A DNA stretch of 64,000 nt from Octopus sinensis. Lineage: Eukaryota. Below, one piece after another: positions 22,140 to 35,265 of the stretch. The notes under the pieces were generated by a model. It was not told the origin of the DNA, ran no database searches, and worked only from the letters and a program-made list of their open reading frames with translations. Made by a program: the position numbers and the translations under genes. The stretch is taken from the NCBI RefSeq assembly GCF_006345805.1, contig NC_043004.1, forward strand, positions 40,362,001-40,426,000. Reading direction: 5' to 3'. Every line of letters begins with the position of its first letter. Position 1 is the stretch's first letter.

Positions 22140-22370
22140 GTTTATACCTATGTGTGTCTTTGTGTCAGTGTTTCTACCCCACTATCATTTGACAACCTAT
22201 GTTGGTATGTTTACATCCCCCATAACTTAACGGTCTGGCAATAGAGACCGATAGAATAAGTATCAGGCAGACAAAGAATAAGTCCTGGGGTTGATTTCTT
22301 CAACTAAAAGGTGGTGCTCCAGCATGGTCACAGTGAAACGACTGAAACAAATAGAAAAAAAGAAAGAATG
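22140..22370 (+). mobile_element. SINE-A 3' half
   Basis: TTGACAACC...GACCGATAGAATAAGTA...GGTGCTCCAGCATGG tail. Confidence 0.75.
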
Positions 22371-22644
22371 CAAGGGGCTAATAAGGGAACGATATGTTAG
22401 GTTGGCTGAATAAAAGAAGATTATGTAGGATAATATAATGCAAGGTTTTTTTGTTTGATTCAAGACAGATCTTGAGGTTTGTGGAAGTTATATCAGAATT
22501 CCTTGATGTCTGCATACAAGTGTGTGTATGTGTGCACATGTGTGTGCATGTGGATGGCCATGCCTGGTACGTTTTTGATTATTGGGTTAAATCCAGAAAC
22601 CATCAAACCCGTAAGCAAGCCATTAAGTAAACACTTAAAAATTG

Positions 22645-23410
22645 GTTGTGTGGTAAGAAGCTTGCCACATGACTCCGTGTTCAGTCCTACTACATGGCAC
22701 CTTGGGCAAATGTCTTCTACCATAATCTCAGGCTGACCAAAGCCTTGAGAATTGATTCGGTAGATAGAAAATGAACGAAACTCATCGTATACACACACAC
22801 ATATATATGCAGGAGTGGCTGCTGTGTGCTAAGTAGCTTGCTTACCAACCACATGGTTCTGGGTTCAGTCCCACTGCATGGCACCTTTGACGAGTGTCTT
22901 CTACTATAGCCTCAGGCAGACCAAATCCTTGTGAGTGGATTTGGCAGACTGAAACTAAAAGAAGCCTGTCGTATATATATATATAAATATATACGTGTGT
23001 GTGTGTGTAAGTGTGTGTCTAAACCTCCACCATCACTTGACAACCGATGTAACTTAGCAGTTTGGCTAAGTGACCGATAGAATAAGTACTAGGCTTAAAA
23101 AGAATAAGTCCTGGGGTCGATGTGTTCGACTAAAGGTGGTGCTCCAGCATGGCAGCGGTCAACATGACTGAAACAAATAAAAGAATAAAAGAATATATAT
23201 ATATGAGTGTGTGTCTTTGTCTCTGTATTTGGCAACCGTTATTGGTGTGTTTATCTCCCTGTAACCTAGCGGTTCAACAAAAGAGATAGATAGAATAAGT
23301 ACTAGGCTTACAAAGAATAAATTCTGGGGTCAATTTGTTTGACTAAAACTTCTCAAGGCTGTGCTCCACCATGGTCACAGTCAAATGGCTAAAACTGGAA
23401 AAAGAACAAA
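22645..23410 (+). mobile_element. cluster of SINE-A copies (5' part, full copy, 3' part)
   Basis: heads at ~22645 and ~22810; tails at ~23190 and ~23405. Confidence 0.78.
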
Positions 23411-23534
23411 AGAATACACACACACATATACACATATACATTCATATACATACAAGCATTTGGAAAATGCAAAAAAATTACTTAGTTACATCCTCTTACG
23501 CATGTTTCATTGATATTAATGATAATGATTTCAA

Positions 23535-23915
23535 ATTTTTGGCACAAGGCCGGCAATTTCAGGGTATGGGGTTAGTCAATTACATCAACCCCAGTGTTCA
23601 ACTGGTACTTATTTTATCGACCCTGAAAGGATGAAAGGTAAAGTCAATCTCGGTGGAATTTGAACTCAAATCGTAAATAGGGGCAAAATGCTGCTATACA
23701 ATTTCTCTGATGTGCTAATGACTCTGATACTACGAGCCAGCTTATATCATCAAATCATCAGAGATTGCATATCATTCTTACATATCCTGTAAGACTTTGC
23801 CTTTCATCCTTCTGGGGATGATAAAATAAGTACCAATTGAGCACTGGGTGTTGAGGTAATTCATTTACTCCTTACCCAAAGATTACTGGCCTTATGCCAA
23901 AGTTTGAAGTCAATA
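23535..23915. mobile_element. two SINE-B copies (minus 23535-23725, plus partial 23785-23915)
   Basis: ACTGGTACTT...TCGACCC...GAAAGG motifs in both orientations. Confidence 0.65.
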
Positions 23916-24869
23916 AAAATGGTGAAGTTTCTGTCAGATCATAAACAACACTCATCAAACTAACATGGTTAACCAACAAGGTCGAACTAATACCAAAACT
24001 ACTCTCTTGACTGTTCGATTAGTTCTTATTTATTGTAATTGGTTAGTTCACCTTCAGTCACATGAAGGTGGTGGTGGGGGGTCGGGATTCTCCCATAGCA
24101 GTAATTTTGCATGATGATAATTCATAGTATCAACCCAATGACAGAACGTCTACATGGTTGCCGAACCTGCTGAAAATAGTAATCAGATTTCCCTCAATAA
24201 CACTGTATTGTCCTAAAAGGGAAGAATACATTGAATAAGGTAGTAAGGAGATACATTATGTCTGAGAAAGAAGACAGGATGGTCAAGGCCAGAGTGTCTT
24301 TGTACCTATTGCTGCTCAGTTCACCAGGACTGACTTGGGGCTAAACAAAAGCAATATTTTGTTGTCTAAATGTACCTCAAGTTATAAATAGACAGACCAA
24401 ATCCTCATGTTCTCAATTAACTTTATTTGGTAATTAGAGCAGCTAGGAATGAAAATTTGTTTCATTAAAATCCCCACAGAATAAAGATGAACAAAATGCC
24501 ACCAAGCATTTTTGTCCAGCATGCTAACAATTCTGCCAGCTTGCTACCAGGAAATCAATATCTTGTATTATAGTATTTTCATAATGTAATCAATCTGTCA
24601 CTGGGCATTTTTTTTTTCTGTAAGCTCTTGGTGGGCAGGCTCGCAGGATATAAGTTCACGAACTTGTGTAGGACACAGGACTGTGCACTGTCCATGGAAT
24701 GGCATGCACAATGTCATCTCACACAGCCTGGATGTTGTGTGAGATGACATTTGCTCTTGAGTCATATATGGTAAATAAGATATATATGGATATATCGTTA
24801 TCTATGATATATATATGTGTGTGTGTGTGTGCATGTATGTATGCATGTATGTATGCATGTATGTATATA

Positions 24870-24906
<37 letters not shown>

Positions 24907-25070
24907 ATACGGAGCAAATAATTCACAAGAAAAAAATAATTCACGTGAAAATAATTTGTGAAGATATCATTTTGGCGATTTAAATAAGAGTTTTGACAGT
25001 TATTTCCAGCAGGTAGACATACTTAGTATGCCCTTTGATTAATTTGAATATATATATATAAATATATATA

Positions 25071-25632
25071 CTTGGTCTGATCAATAAGTATCTGGATTTT
25101 TGTTATAGTAAAGAAGCTAAAGCAGAGAGAGTGAAGCCACTAGGCACATATTGACCTTAAACTTTGATGTGCATGCACACTAAGATTTAACGTTCTAGCT
25201 CACATCAGCTGTGCTTGGAAGGAAGGTGTGTAGCATGTGATCGTCACATTGACCATGACAGAGAAAGTTGAGAGGAGGATCTGCATGAAATTTTGTCAAA
25301 AGCTTGGCGATATCTGCTTTGGGGTCTATGCAAAATTTTTTTTAATGTTTTCATCATTATCAACACAATCAAAGAGATCTTGGGCAACTGAAACCCGAGT
25401 GCGTTTTGGGTCAGCTGAAAGCAGTTTTTGCAGAAACTTGGTTGCCATATGTTTCGTAACAGAATCTTCAGTGATAATGATCTGAACTGAACCGTAACTA
25501 ATCTGTACATCCTTTGATGACTCAGAGATGGTGATTCGATGATTTCCCCTCACAGCAGCATGCACATCTGCAATGTTTTTCTCAGTTCTGCTGGTTGAGT
25601 GTCTCCCAGAACGTCCATCAATATCGACACTT
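25071..25632. mobile_element. mariner transposon fossil with an internal inversion
   Basis: TA+CTTGGTCTGATCAATAAGTATC TIR-like start, plus-strand MTEKVERRICMKFCQKLG, minus-strand GRSGRHSTS...ISYGSVQ...KFLQKLLS. Confidence 0.8.
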
Positions 25633-25847
25633 ATTATATGTCAGTGTTGACCAATGTCTTGTGCACGAATCTATCTACACAATTCACTCACAACATATTG
25701 GTTAATACTGGGCTGCAAGAGAAGGCATTTGGCTAAGTTGCTGCACAGTGGGACTGAACCCAAAACCCATATGGTTGCAAAGTGAACTTCTTCCCCACAG
25801 GACCACATACAACTCTCCATATATCTATATATCTATCTCTGTCTATG

Positions 25848-25880
<33 letters not shown>

Positions 25881-25925
25881 CTCTCTCTCTCTCTCTCTCT
25901 CTATGTATATATATATATATATATA

Positions 25926-25962
<37 letters not shown>

Positions 25963-25968
<6 letters not shown>

Positions 25969-26162
25969 TTAGAGATAAAACCACTATTAGGCAAATCAAA
26001 CAGTGAAAAACATAAACCAAAGCATAGAAATAAAATTAGTAATATAATATACAAAATATATAAAATGTAAAATTCAAAATTTAAATTTGTATATTAATTA
26101 ATTTCATTTCTATGTTTTTCACTGTTTGATTTGCCTAATAGTGGTTTTATCTCTAATTTAAT
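25963..26162. repeat. inverted repeat, 52-bp perfect arms, flanked by (TA)n
   Basis: 25963-26014 is the reverse complement of 26111-26162. Confidence 0.92.
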
Positions 26163-26229
26163 ATATATATATTTATACTGTAACATTGGGTTTAATCCTA
26201 AATCTAATTTTTCCCTGTAAGTTTGGATT

Positions 26230-26240
26230 TACTCCCTAAT

Positions 26241-26287
<47 letters not shown>

Positions 26288-26579
26288 CTATATATATATA
26301 TATAAATATATGTCTATATATATGTCTGTATCTAGCCAGCTAGCCAGTTAGTTTTCTGTGTGTCTCTATCTATATAAATATTCATGAGTGTCTGTATATT
26401 AGGATGCATGTGCATAAATGATACAAATACACACAGACACACAGACACACACACACACACACACATTCTAAAGGTAAAAACATCTTTATCAACTTGTGTT
26501 ATATCCACCTGTAAAAGAAGTGTTTAGAGCTGAACATGATATATTACATTAAATATTACATACATACATATATATATAC

Positions 26580-26611
<32 letters not shown>

Positions 26612-26616
26612 GTATA

Positions 26617-26653
<37 letters not shown>

Positions 26654-26708
26654 ATATATATCTGTATATATATAATATATATATATATATGTATATATAT
26701 CATATGTA

Positions 26709-26739
<31 letters not shown>

Positions 26740-27350
26740 ATATGTATAATAATATATAATATATATATTATATATATATAAGATATTATATATATATATA
26801 TGTGTGGTGTGTATGTATGTACGCACCATACGCACAACATTCACACACAAACGATACCTAGCTATAACTTTCCATGCGTAAGCAAAAACAAAAAAAAAAA
26901 AAGAATACAAAAAAAAAACAAGAAGCAAGAGACAAAGGGAAAAGAGAGTTGAAACATAAACTAAAAATCTCAGTTTTCTTCTTTCAGAAATTATGTAACT
27001 CATAAACAAGGACACGGAAATATATGAGCATGTGTGTGTGTGTGTGTGTATGTGTGTGCACTTGTGTGTGTTGGTTTGTCTACAACATACACACACACAC
27101 ACACACACGTCTCTTTCTTTTATTATCATTCCTTCTCTTTCTGTATGAATGCATAAATGTGTATGTGTATACATATATGTACATATATATGTAAATATAT
27201 ATGCATATATATATTTTTATATGCACACTCACGTGTATATACTATTCTAAACTTCAGAGCATATCGTGTTGTGGTGTTTGTGGTTGTATTTTGTGTGTGT
27301 GGCATGTATATATATACATATATATATGGCATATATACATATATAGGTAC

Positions 27351-27388
<38 letters not shown>

Positions 27389-28060
27389 TATATATATATA
27401 TATATCTATACCGTATAAATATGTATATATATATATGTGGTATATATTTATTTATATATATATATATATATACTATATATAAATATAATATATATATATA
27501 TATATATATCATAATATACTTATACTATATATGCATTATAGATATATAATATATATATATAATATATATATGATATATATGCATTTATACTTGTGTTTTA
27601 TGTATGCATATATGTGTATGTGTGTATATGTGTGTCTGTGTGTGGTGTGTGCCTGTTTTGGGCCATATATATTTTGTTCAGTTTCGTCTCATTGGAAGTA
27701 TATGAGGTGGAGGAAGAAAAAATAGAAGAGATCCAGCTTGCAGTTTCAGAGAAGGGAGGGTGAGGGGAGAGGCATAGTTTTGGAGACTGAAGTGGAATGA
27801 AGATTGACAGGAGTAGGCATGAGAGAGAGAGAGAGAGACAGAGAGAGACAGAGAGAGGGGGAGAGAGAGTGGAATGAGGAGAAGTGAGTCGAATATAAAT
27901 GGAAATTATGGTGAGATGGGCGATATTTCACTATCATACACAAACACACTGATACACAGACCTCTCATACACGCACTACACATGCATACATGCATGTCAT
28001 ACATATACACACCACACAACACACACACTATAATATATAATATAAATACATACCACACAC

Positions 28061-28101
<41 letters not shown>

Positions 28102-28196
28102 ATATAATAATATATATATGTATATATATCTACATATGTGTATAGATATATATCTATATGTATATATAGTATATATAATGATGTATGTATATTATG

Positions 28197-28245
<49 letters not shown>

Positions 28246-28770
28246 AATGTACCACACATACATATTGGTGTGTGTATGCACATAGGTTATTATGACATAA
28301 TAAAATTTGAAAATTTTTCCCTCTTTAATTCAGGCATCCTTGAGAAAAATCTATTTGCAATCAAATAATACACATGTGTACTAACACTCACACACACTAA
28401 TACATGCATAGATATTCAGACACATGTCTACTCACACATATACACACACACATGCACACACATACATACACACGCCACACTACATGCAAATATATTTGAA
28501 TGCTGAAACCTTGAAAGTAAATGGAAATAGTTCATGCCAGAAAAATTAAAGTGTTTCAATTTCTTTATTTCCTGCCCTGTATTGCAAGAAATCATATGTA
28601 TACACATGTATGTATACACATGTATGTATACACATGTATGTATATATGTATGTATGTGTTTATGTATTTATGTCTGTGTGTATGCATGCATGCATGTGTG
28701 TCGCTGTATGTATGTATAAAGCAAAGCAAATATAAATAACAAAAATAAAAATATATGTATATACACACAT
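26230..28770. repeat. microsatellite field ((TA)n, (CA)n, (GA)n, (TATG)n) with short unique spacers
   Basis: direct inspection. Confidence 0.9.
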
Positions 28771-29090
28771 CATCATCATCATCATTTAACGTCCGTTTTC
28801 CATGCTAGCATGGGTTGGACGGTTTTGTCTGAGGGCTGGCAACCAGATGGCTGCACCAGGCTCCCGTCTTGATCTGGCAGAGTTTCTACAGCTGGATGCC
28901 CTTCCTAATGCCAACCACTCCGAGAGTGTAGAGGATGCTTTTTACATGCCACTGGCACGGGAGCCAGTCAGGCAGCACTGGCATCGGAAATGTTCGGATG
29001 GTGCTTTTTACGTGTTACAGACACAGGAGCCAGTCAAGGCAGGGAGGTTAGCATCAACTATGTTTGGATAGCGCTTTTTACATGCCACCG
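28770..29090 (-). mobile_element. RTE-A-type 3' terminal fragment
   Basis: (CAT)n-TTAACGTCCG-CCATGCTAGCATGG-CTGGATGCCCTTCC. Confidence 0.8.
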
Positions 29091-29124
29091 GATATATGTA
29101 TATATATGTATATACATATATATA

Positions 29125-29290
29125 TGATGGGCTTCTTTCAGCTTCTGTCTACCAAATCCACTCACAAAGCTTTGTTTGGCCCGAGGCTATAGAAAAAGAC
29201 ACTTGCTTAGGGTGTCATGCAGTGGGTCTGAACCCAGAACCATGTGGTTAGGAAGCAAGCTTCTTAACACACAGCCATGCCTGTGCCTAC
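29125..29290 (-). mobile_element. SINE-A 5' half
   Basis: GGGCTTCTTTCAG...ACACAGCCA. Confidence 0.75.
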
Positions 29291-29311
29291 GTATATGTAT
29301 ATATATATATA

Positions 29312-29443
29312 TATATTACAAACAAGAAAATGGAATAACACATTAGTTGGTTTATCATCTGTAAGATATTAGAATGTTGATTCTAATATCCTAAAGCTGA
29401 TGAACCAACTAATGTGTTTCTCCATTTTCTTATTTGTAATATA
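29312..29443. repeat. fold-back palindrome, ~64-bp arms, 4-nt loop
   Basis: ...GATATTAGAAT-GTTG-ATTCTAATATC...; several mismatches between arms. Confidence 0.9.
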
Positions 29444-29637
29444 AAATAATGGTAAAATATTTCTTTACCTTCACCCATTTAATACAATAAGTAAGTTTGT
29501 TGCATTGCAATTAAAAACACTTGTGTATTAATAATTTGGGTATTATACCAAAAGTATATTGGATAAGTATTATCCCATAGGGGGTGGATCCACACCCCTA
29601 ACTTACTTGGTATGTATATATTTATATATATATGTAT

Positions 29638-29714
<77 letters not shown>

Positions 29715-29789
29715 TATTTATACACAAATATATATAAATATATATATATATATTTATATATATATATATATAATATATATATATATATA

Positions 29790-30003
29790 GTTATAATCCA
29801 AACGTGAAAACACAAAGAGAAAACACAACAACGTGAGGACATGGAGCAAGTATAGTATTATTGGACACTCAGGAAAGAAAGAAAGAAGGAGGGTTTAACG
29901 TTTCGAGCAGAGCTCTTCGTCAGGAACATAGGAAAAGGAAAGATCCAAAGAAGGGAAGACGGAGAAAAAAATCGCTAACGGTACACATGCGGTCACATTT
30001 TGA
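29790..30003 (-). mobile_element. (TA)n-flanked Penelope-like short repeat with a hammerhead-like core
   Basis: minus strand CTGACGAAGAGCTCTGCTCGAAACGTT at 29897-29923. Confidence 0.5.
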
Positions 30004-30309
30004 ATATATATATAATAATAATATCAAAAAGTGACAACATATGAATGAGACCTTGGTATTAGGTTAATAGAAGATTATTATATAAGTATGTATAATTTAG
30101 TACAATCAGTAAGTTGTTATTTAGTCCTCGGAGCCTTCAGTCAAACTCTCCAACCCATTCCAGCATGGAAAGTGGTCGTCGAACGACAATGATGATGAAG
30201 ATGATGATGATTGAACAAAGAGTTAAGACGCATTCTCGTTGGCTATTAATGGCAATAGATGCTATGAAAAACAGTTGAATAGAAGGGAAGTTACCCTAAT
30301 AGGTATATA

Positions 30310-30418
30310 GCATATGTATACATACATACATACATACATACATACATACATACATACATACATACATACATACATACATACATAAATACATACATACATA
30401 CATACATACATACATACA

Positions 30419-30454
<36 letters not shown>

Positions 30455-30568
30455 TAAGAAGCTCCTTCTACAAAATAAATTTGTTTACTCTGCTATGTAT
30501 TGAGTACCTTATTTACTGTGGTTAACCCCGACTCAACCCGGGACCTACATATATATATACATGTATTT

Positions 30569-30599
<31 letters not shown>

Positions 30600-30622
30600 T
30601 AATATATGTGTATATACAGATG

Positions 30623-30654
<32 letters not shown>

Positions 30655-30750
30655 ATAAAATACATGTATATATACAGATACATACATATATATATATATA
30701 TCTGTATATGTATGTACGTATATATATATATATATGTATATATATATACA
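30310..30750. repeat. (TACA)n and (TA)n microsatellites
   Basis: direct inspection. Confidence 0.95.
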
Positions 30751-31065
30751 CATCAGAATATGCTTGAGTGTCTTTTCTATTCAATTAAATTATTCCTTTA
30801 TATTTATTGTTTATATGCTTATATATTTTTCTTATCACACAGTTCAGTGGAAGAACTAACAAATGGAACTATGAATTCAATTCCTTTTAGGGAAATAAAA
30901 TTTTAAGGACTTTTCTTGGCAATATCGTTTGCGTACGAACCAAGGCAACTAAAGTGCCAGAAATAAACTCCTCAGAGTTCAGTATCATTCGTGAATATGA
31001 ACAATTATTAATACTAGTGTGAATGGCATACAGTTATACATACATATATATATACATATATAAAC

Positions 31066-31118
<53 letters not shown>

Positions 31119-31447
31119 GTGATGTGTATATGGCAGCCATTCACTGCCATGTTTTATGGCACACACTCACCAGCAGTTTAATAAAATGATGGGAAAATTC
31201 TTTAACTATTAAATAAAGTTTTTTTATTGTTTTACACTTCAATAAATTTTAAAAACAATTTATGTATTCTCTTTAGATCTAAACGTTCAAAGTATTTCCA
31301 ATAAAATTTTAATTATTCTTAACATGTAAGTATAAATCAAATATAAAGAATATATGTTACATTGATGCGTTTCGTAAATACCGTTTTAACTCTTTCTCTT
31401 AAAATTCTACCATTTCTGATACTATGTATCAATACATCCTAGTATGC

Positions 31448-31575
31448 GCAAAGGTGAGTCATAAAGTAATGCAGTTTTTACTTGTATCAGTTTTTGACTA
31501 ACCATTGCATCTATGCAGGTAAATTAAAATGAAATGCAAGTAAAAGTTGCATCACTTTCTTAGCAATGTCTGCGC
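31448..31575. mobile_element. small MITE-like remnant (mariner type)
   Basis: imperfect 25-bp inverted repeats at 31463-31487 and 31534-31558. Confidence 0.4.
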
Positions 31576-31726
31576 GTGCATACACGTGCATGTGTAAGTG
31601 TATGTTCATATGTGTCTATGTATATATCTATCTATTTTTTTATACATATACGTTTTATATAATTTATGCATAGAAAATTATGTGTGTGTATGTGTGTACA
31701 CAGGTATATATGTGTATATATATAAA

Positions 31727-31960
31727 GGCGGCGAGCTGGCAGAAACGTTAGCATGCCGGGTGAAATGCTTAGCGGTATTTCGTCTGCCGTTACGTTGTGA
31801 GTTCAAATTCCACCAAGGTCGACTTTGCCGTTCATCCTTTCTGAGTCGATAAATTAAGTACCAGTTGCACACTGGGGTCGATGTAATCGACTTAATACCT
31901 ATGTCTGTCCTTGTTTGTCCCCTCTGTGTTTAGCCCCCTTGTGGGTAATAAAGAAATAGG
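31727..31960 (+). mobile_element. SINE-B, full length
   Basis: GGCGGCGAGCTGGCAGAAACG...GAGTTCAAATTCC...GTAATAAAGAAATAGG. Confidence 0.85.
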
Positions 31961-31999
31961 TATATATGTGTATGTATATGATGATGATGATGATATATA

Positions 32000-32163
32000 A
32001 AATACAAAATGGGACATGAACGCAAAACATCCGGACAACTAGGTGATACAAAAAGGGACAACAAAACATCCAGATAGATGATACAAAACAAAAACAAGGA
32101 CAGGTCTTTCGAAGCTTCCTATCCTTAGTCAAGAACTAGATCATCCTCGCAATTTCGGCAATG
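32000..32163. mobile_element. Penelope-like terminal fragment, cut off by the adjacent transposon
   Basis: homologous to 18171-18375. Confidence 0.45.
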
Positions 32164-33572
32164 CAGGGTGTACAAGTAAAATTGTCATGTTCACAAATTC
32201 TTAAAACTTCTTAAAACCAATAAACTAATCAATTTGCAATTTTCCATGTTTTCATGAGAAGATATCTGGCTATGCTGACACCAGTTTTTGTAAGAATCAA
32301 TGAAATACCCCTTCAAGATATTTTACTAGAAAGAGAACAGGTTGAAATGATTTTGTGCCAGCCTTACCATGTCTTCCTAACTGAGCAATGTTGAAAGAAC
32401 TAAGATCATCCAGGCCTTCAGTAATGGTACCAACATTCATTCTCTGGCTTCCATCTTCAAAATCCATTTCTGAACCACCAAGAGAATTGTGAATAAATTT
32501 GAGAAAAGAGGGAATAGTGGAAAGAAAAACTGGATCAAAAGGTCATAACTGCAAGTGGGATCATTATTTCAATCAGGAGCTGAAGAGATCAATCAGAAGG
32601 GATTCAACTCAATCCAAAAGATGCTTGGCACATGAGAAAAGACTTTCAACTATGACTGCTCAGACGGTGACAGAAGACTTGGAAATGAAATCGTACATGA
32701 AACCTGTGAGGCACCAGGTTTCATGTTACTCCGGGACCAAAATCTAGAAGGCTGGAGAGGGTGAAGATCATCCTGAACATAGTGAAACATTATCGTGGAG
32801 TGATCTTTTACACAGAGAGAAGAATTTCAACCAAGACACATACACAGACAGATGCAACAGTCACATTTTTGCTTCAGATCCTCACAAAGAGACAACAATA
32901 TCATTTTTGTGTGCAAAAACCTTGCCAAGATGATGATTTTTGCCTGCATGGCTTCTGATGGTAAGAAGGTGCCATTGATTCTGTTTGAAAAGGCTGAGAG
33001 ACTGACAGGAGTTTGTTATGTTCAAGTTTTGGAAGATGTAAAGACCGGATTCTTTCTCAATAACCTGAGGCAACAGATGAGGGACACCCCAAAATATCAC
33101 TAAGGACTTCAAGCTTACATTTCAGCAAGATGGAACTCCTTGTCACACAAGAGCAGAGGCTCAAAACTTTCTCAGGGATGAGTTTGAGAACAGGTTTTGG
33201 GATAAAGACACTTGGCCCACTTCATCACCTGATTTGAACCCTTTAGATTTCAGCATCTGGAATGAACTGGTCAGGAAAGTTCGTGAGAAATCCCACAGAA
33301 GCCTTCAAGCCTTCAGAAATTCCATCTGTAGGATGTGGATGGAAGACATTGATGAGGAATTCATTAAGAAAGCTGCAATCAAGAAGAGAGTCGAGGAAGT
33401 CATAGCCAAAAGAGAAAGAGCTCTTGGTGCCTAACATGTAGGATTTCAGCCAGGATTGTCTCTGGCACTTTGAATAAACTTTAAGTTTCCATTCAAACTT
33501 ATTCCAATCCTTTATGAGCTTCCAGTCATGAGCTATGCTTAATTATTTATGAGAATGTAATTTTTGTCCCTG
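32164..33572 (+). mobile_element. Tc1/mariner (maT-like, DDxD) transposon fossil, ~1.4 kb
   Basis: CAGGGTG start with a degenerate inverted end at ~33545-33572; FQQDGTPCH...WPTSSPDLNPLDFSIW. Confidence 0.82.
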
Positions 33573-34169
33573 ATCAACTCCATCACAATTCTTCTGGTGA
33601 GCTTGGAGAGTAATCAACATTTTTCTTGCTCAAAGTAGAGTTCAATAGTATTAGTGGTGGTGGTGGTGGTGGTGGTGGTGAAAGAATGAATAAATGAATA
33701 AATATATGTATGAAAAATACTAAATTAGTTAAATCAGTTACTGAGCTAAATTAATTACTGAGAGCTGTAGAAAGCTCAGCAAATAATTCAAATCAGTCAG
33801 TGATGACTTTGTTTCGTTTTTATTTATTTATCTATTTTTCTTTTTTCTTTGTCTTTTATCATTTTCGCCAATGAAAAACCTCTATTTACATCTATATGTC
33901 ATTCTGAAATGACAGATATAATTCTGGACTAAATTTCTTACTTTTGAAAAATTTTCAATGTTTGCCAGATATAAATCATGTCAACACCAGTTGGAAGCAA
34001 AGGAACTTCATCAGATCTCATTTTAAATTATGAATTTATTTTCAAGTTAATAATTTCCATTTGTATATTGTTAGCATTATCAGACAGTTTCACAATTTTG
34101 GATAATTCTTTATTAGCACTTTCATCCATTCATTTGAACTCTTCAAGATATATAGATATATATATATAT

Positions 34170-35219
34170 CATCATCATCATCGTCATCACCATCATTTAA
34201 CCTCTGTGTTCCATGCTAGCATGGCTGGGATGGTACCACAAGAGCTGGCCAGGCCGAAGTCTCCACCAGTTTTCTGTGACTGTTTTGGCAGGATTTTTAC
34301 AGCTGGATGCCCTGCCAAACACTAACCACTCATCAGAATGGACTTAGTGCTTTTTATGTAGCACAAGCACAAGCAAGGTGAGTAGTGCTTTTTACATGGC
34401 ACAAGCACAGGCAAGGTCAGTTTTGGTAAGGTTTTTAAAACTGGATGTTTTTCCAAACACCCAACCACTTTCAGTGTTGACTGGGTGCTTTTAAGTGGCA
34501 CCTGCACTGATAGGGTCACCAAGTACTTGCAAGACAAAAACCTTTAAGATGGGAAGAGGCATTGGAGGAGGTGATGATGAAAAGGTTATAGTGAGACAGA
34601 TGTAGGTGTCTTACTGTAGAGGAAGTACAAGGTTACCTGGCCGGAAAGAGAAAGGTCAGGAAGGAAGACAGAAACAAGTGTGCTACTGCAAAGAAAATTC
34701 ATGGTTACCCAACCTGAGCAAAGTGCAGGAGAAGGAGAGAGAGAAAGAGTGGGAGACCGCAGGATGGAGATGGTGGCAAAATGTCAGGCATACTCACAGG
34801 AACAGGGATCAGAGTATAAATGAGGTGGTTAAATAAAAGAAGAGAGAGAGATATAGATAGTGGCAAGTACCAGGGCATACGTTTGAGGCTTAAATGCCAT
34901 AATATAAGTGATAGGATATTGCGAAGGGAGTGCAATTTAAGAGTGCAAGTAAGTTGCAAAAGACCTGGGTGTATATAGAGTTGGAGGGGCTACTAGATAG
35001 CATTGATACAGAAGAACAGGGGTGTGAGGACTGGATTGGAGAGTGAGTGCTATATCATCATCATCATCATCATCGTTTAACGTCTGTTCTCCATGCTAGC
35101 ATGGGTTGGACGGTTCGACCGGGGTTCTGGGAAGCCAGAAGGCTGCACCAGACTCCAGTCTAATCTGGCAATGTTTCTACAGCTGGATGCCCTTCCTAAC
35201 GCCAACCACTCCGTGAGTG

Positions 35220-35220
<1 letters not shown>
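34170..35220 (-). mobile_element. two RTE-A-type 3' fragments (34170-34960 old, 35053-35220 young)
   Basis: (CAT)n, CCATGCTAGCATGG, CTGGATGCCC motifs. Confidence 0.7.

Positions 35221-35262
<42 letters not shown>

Positions 35263-35265
<3 letters not shown>

Noticed and set aside
33940-34140. Minus-strand host exon with the donor AA|GTAAGA
   Set aside because: It has in-frame stops and matches the hAT C-terminal region.
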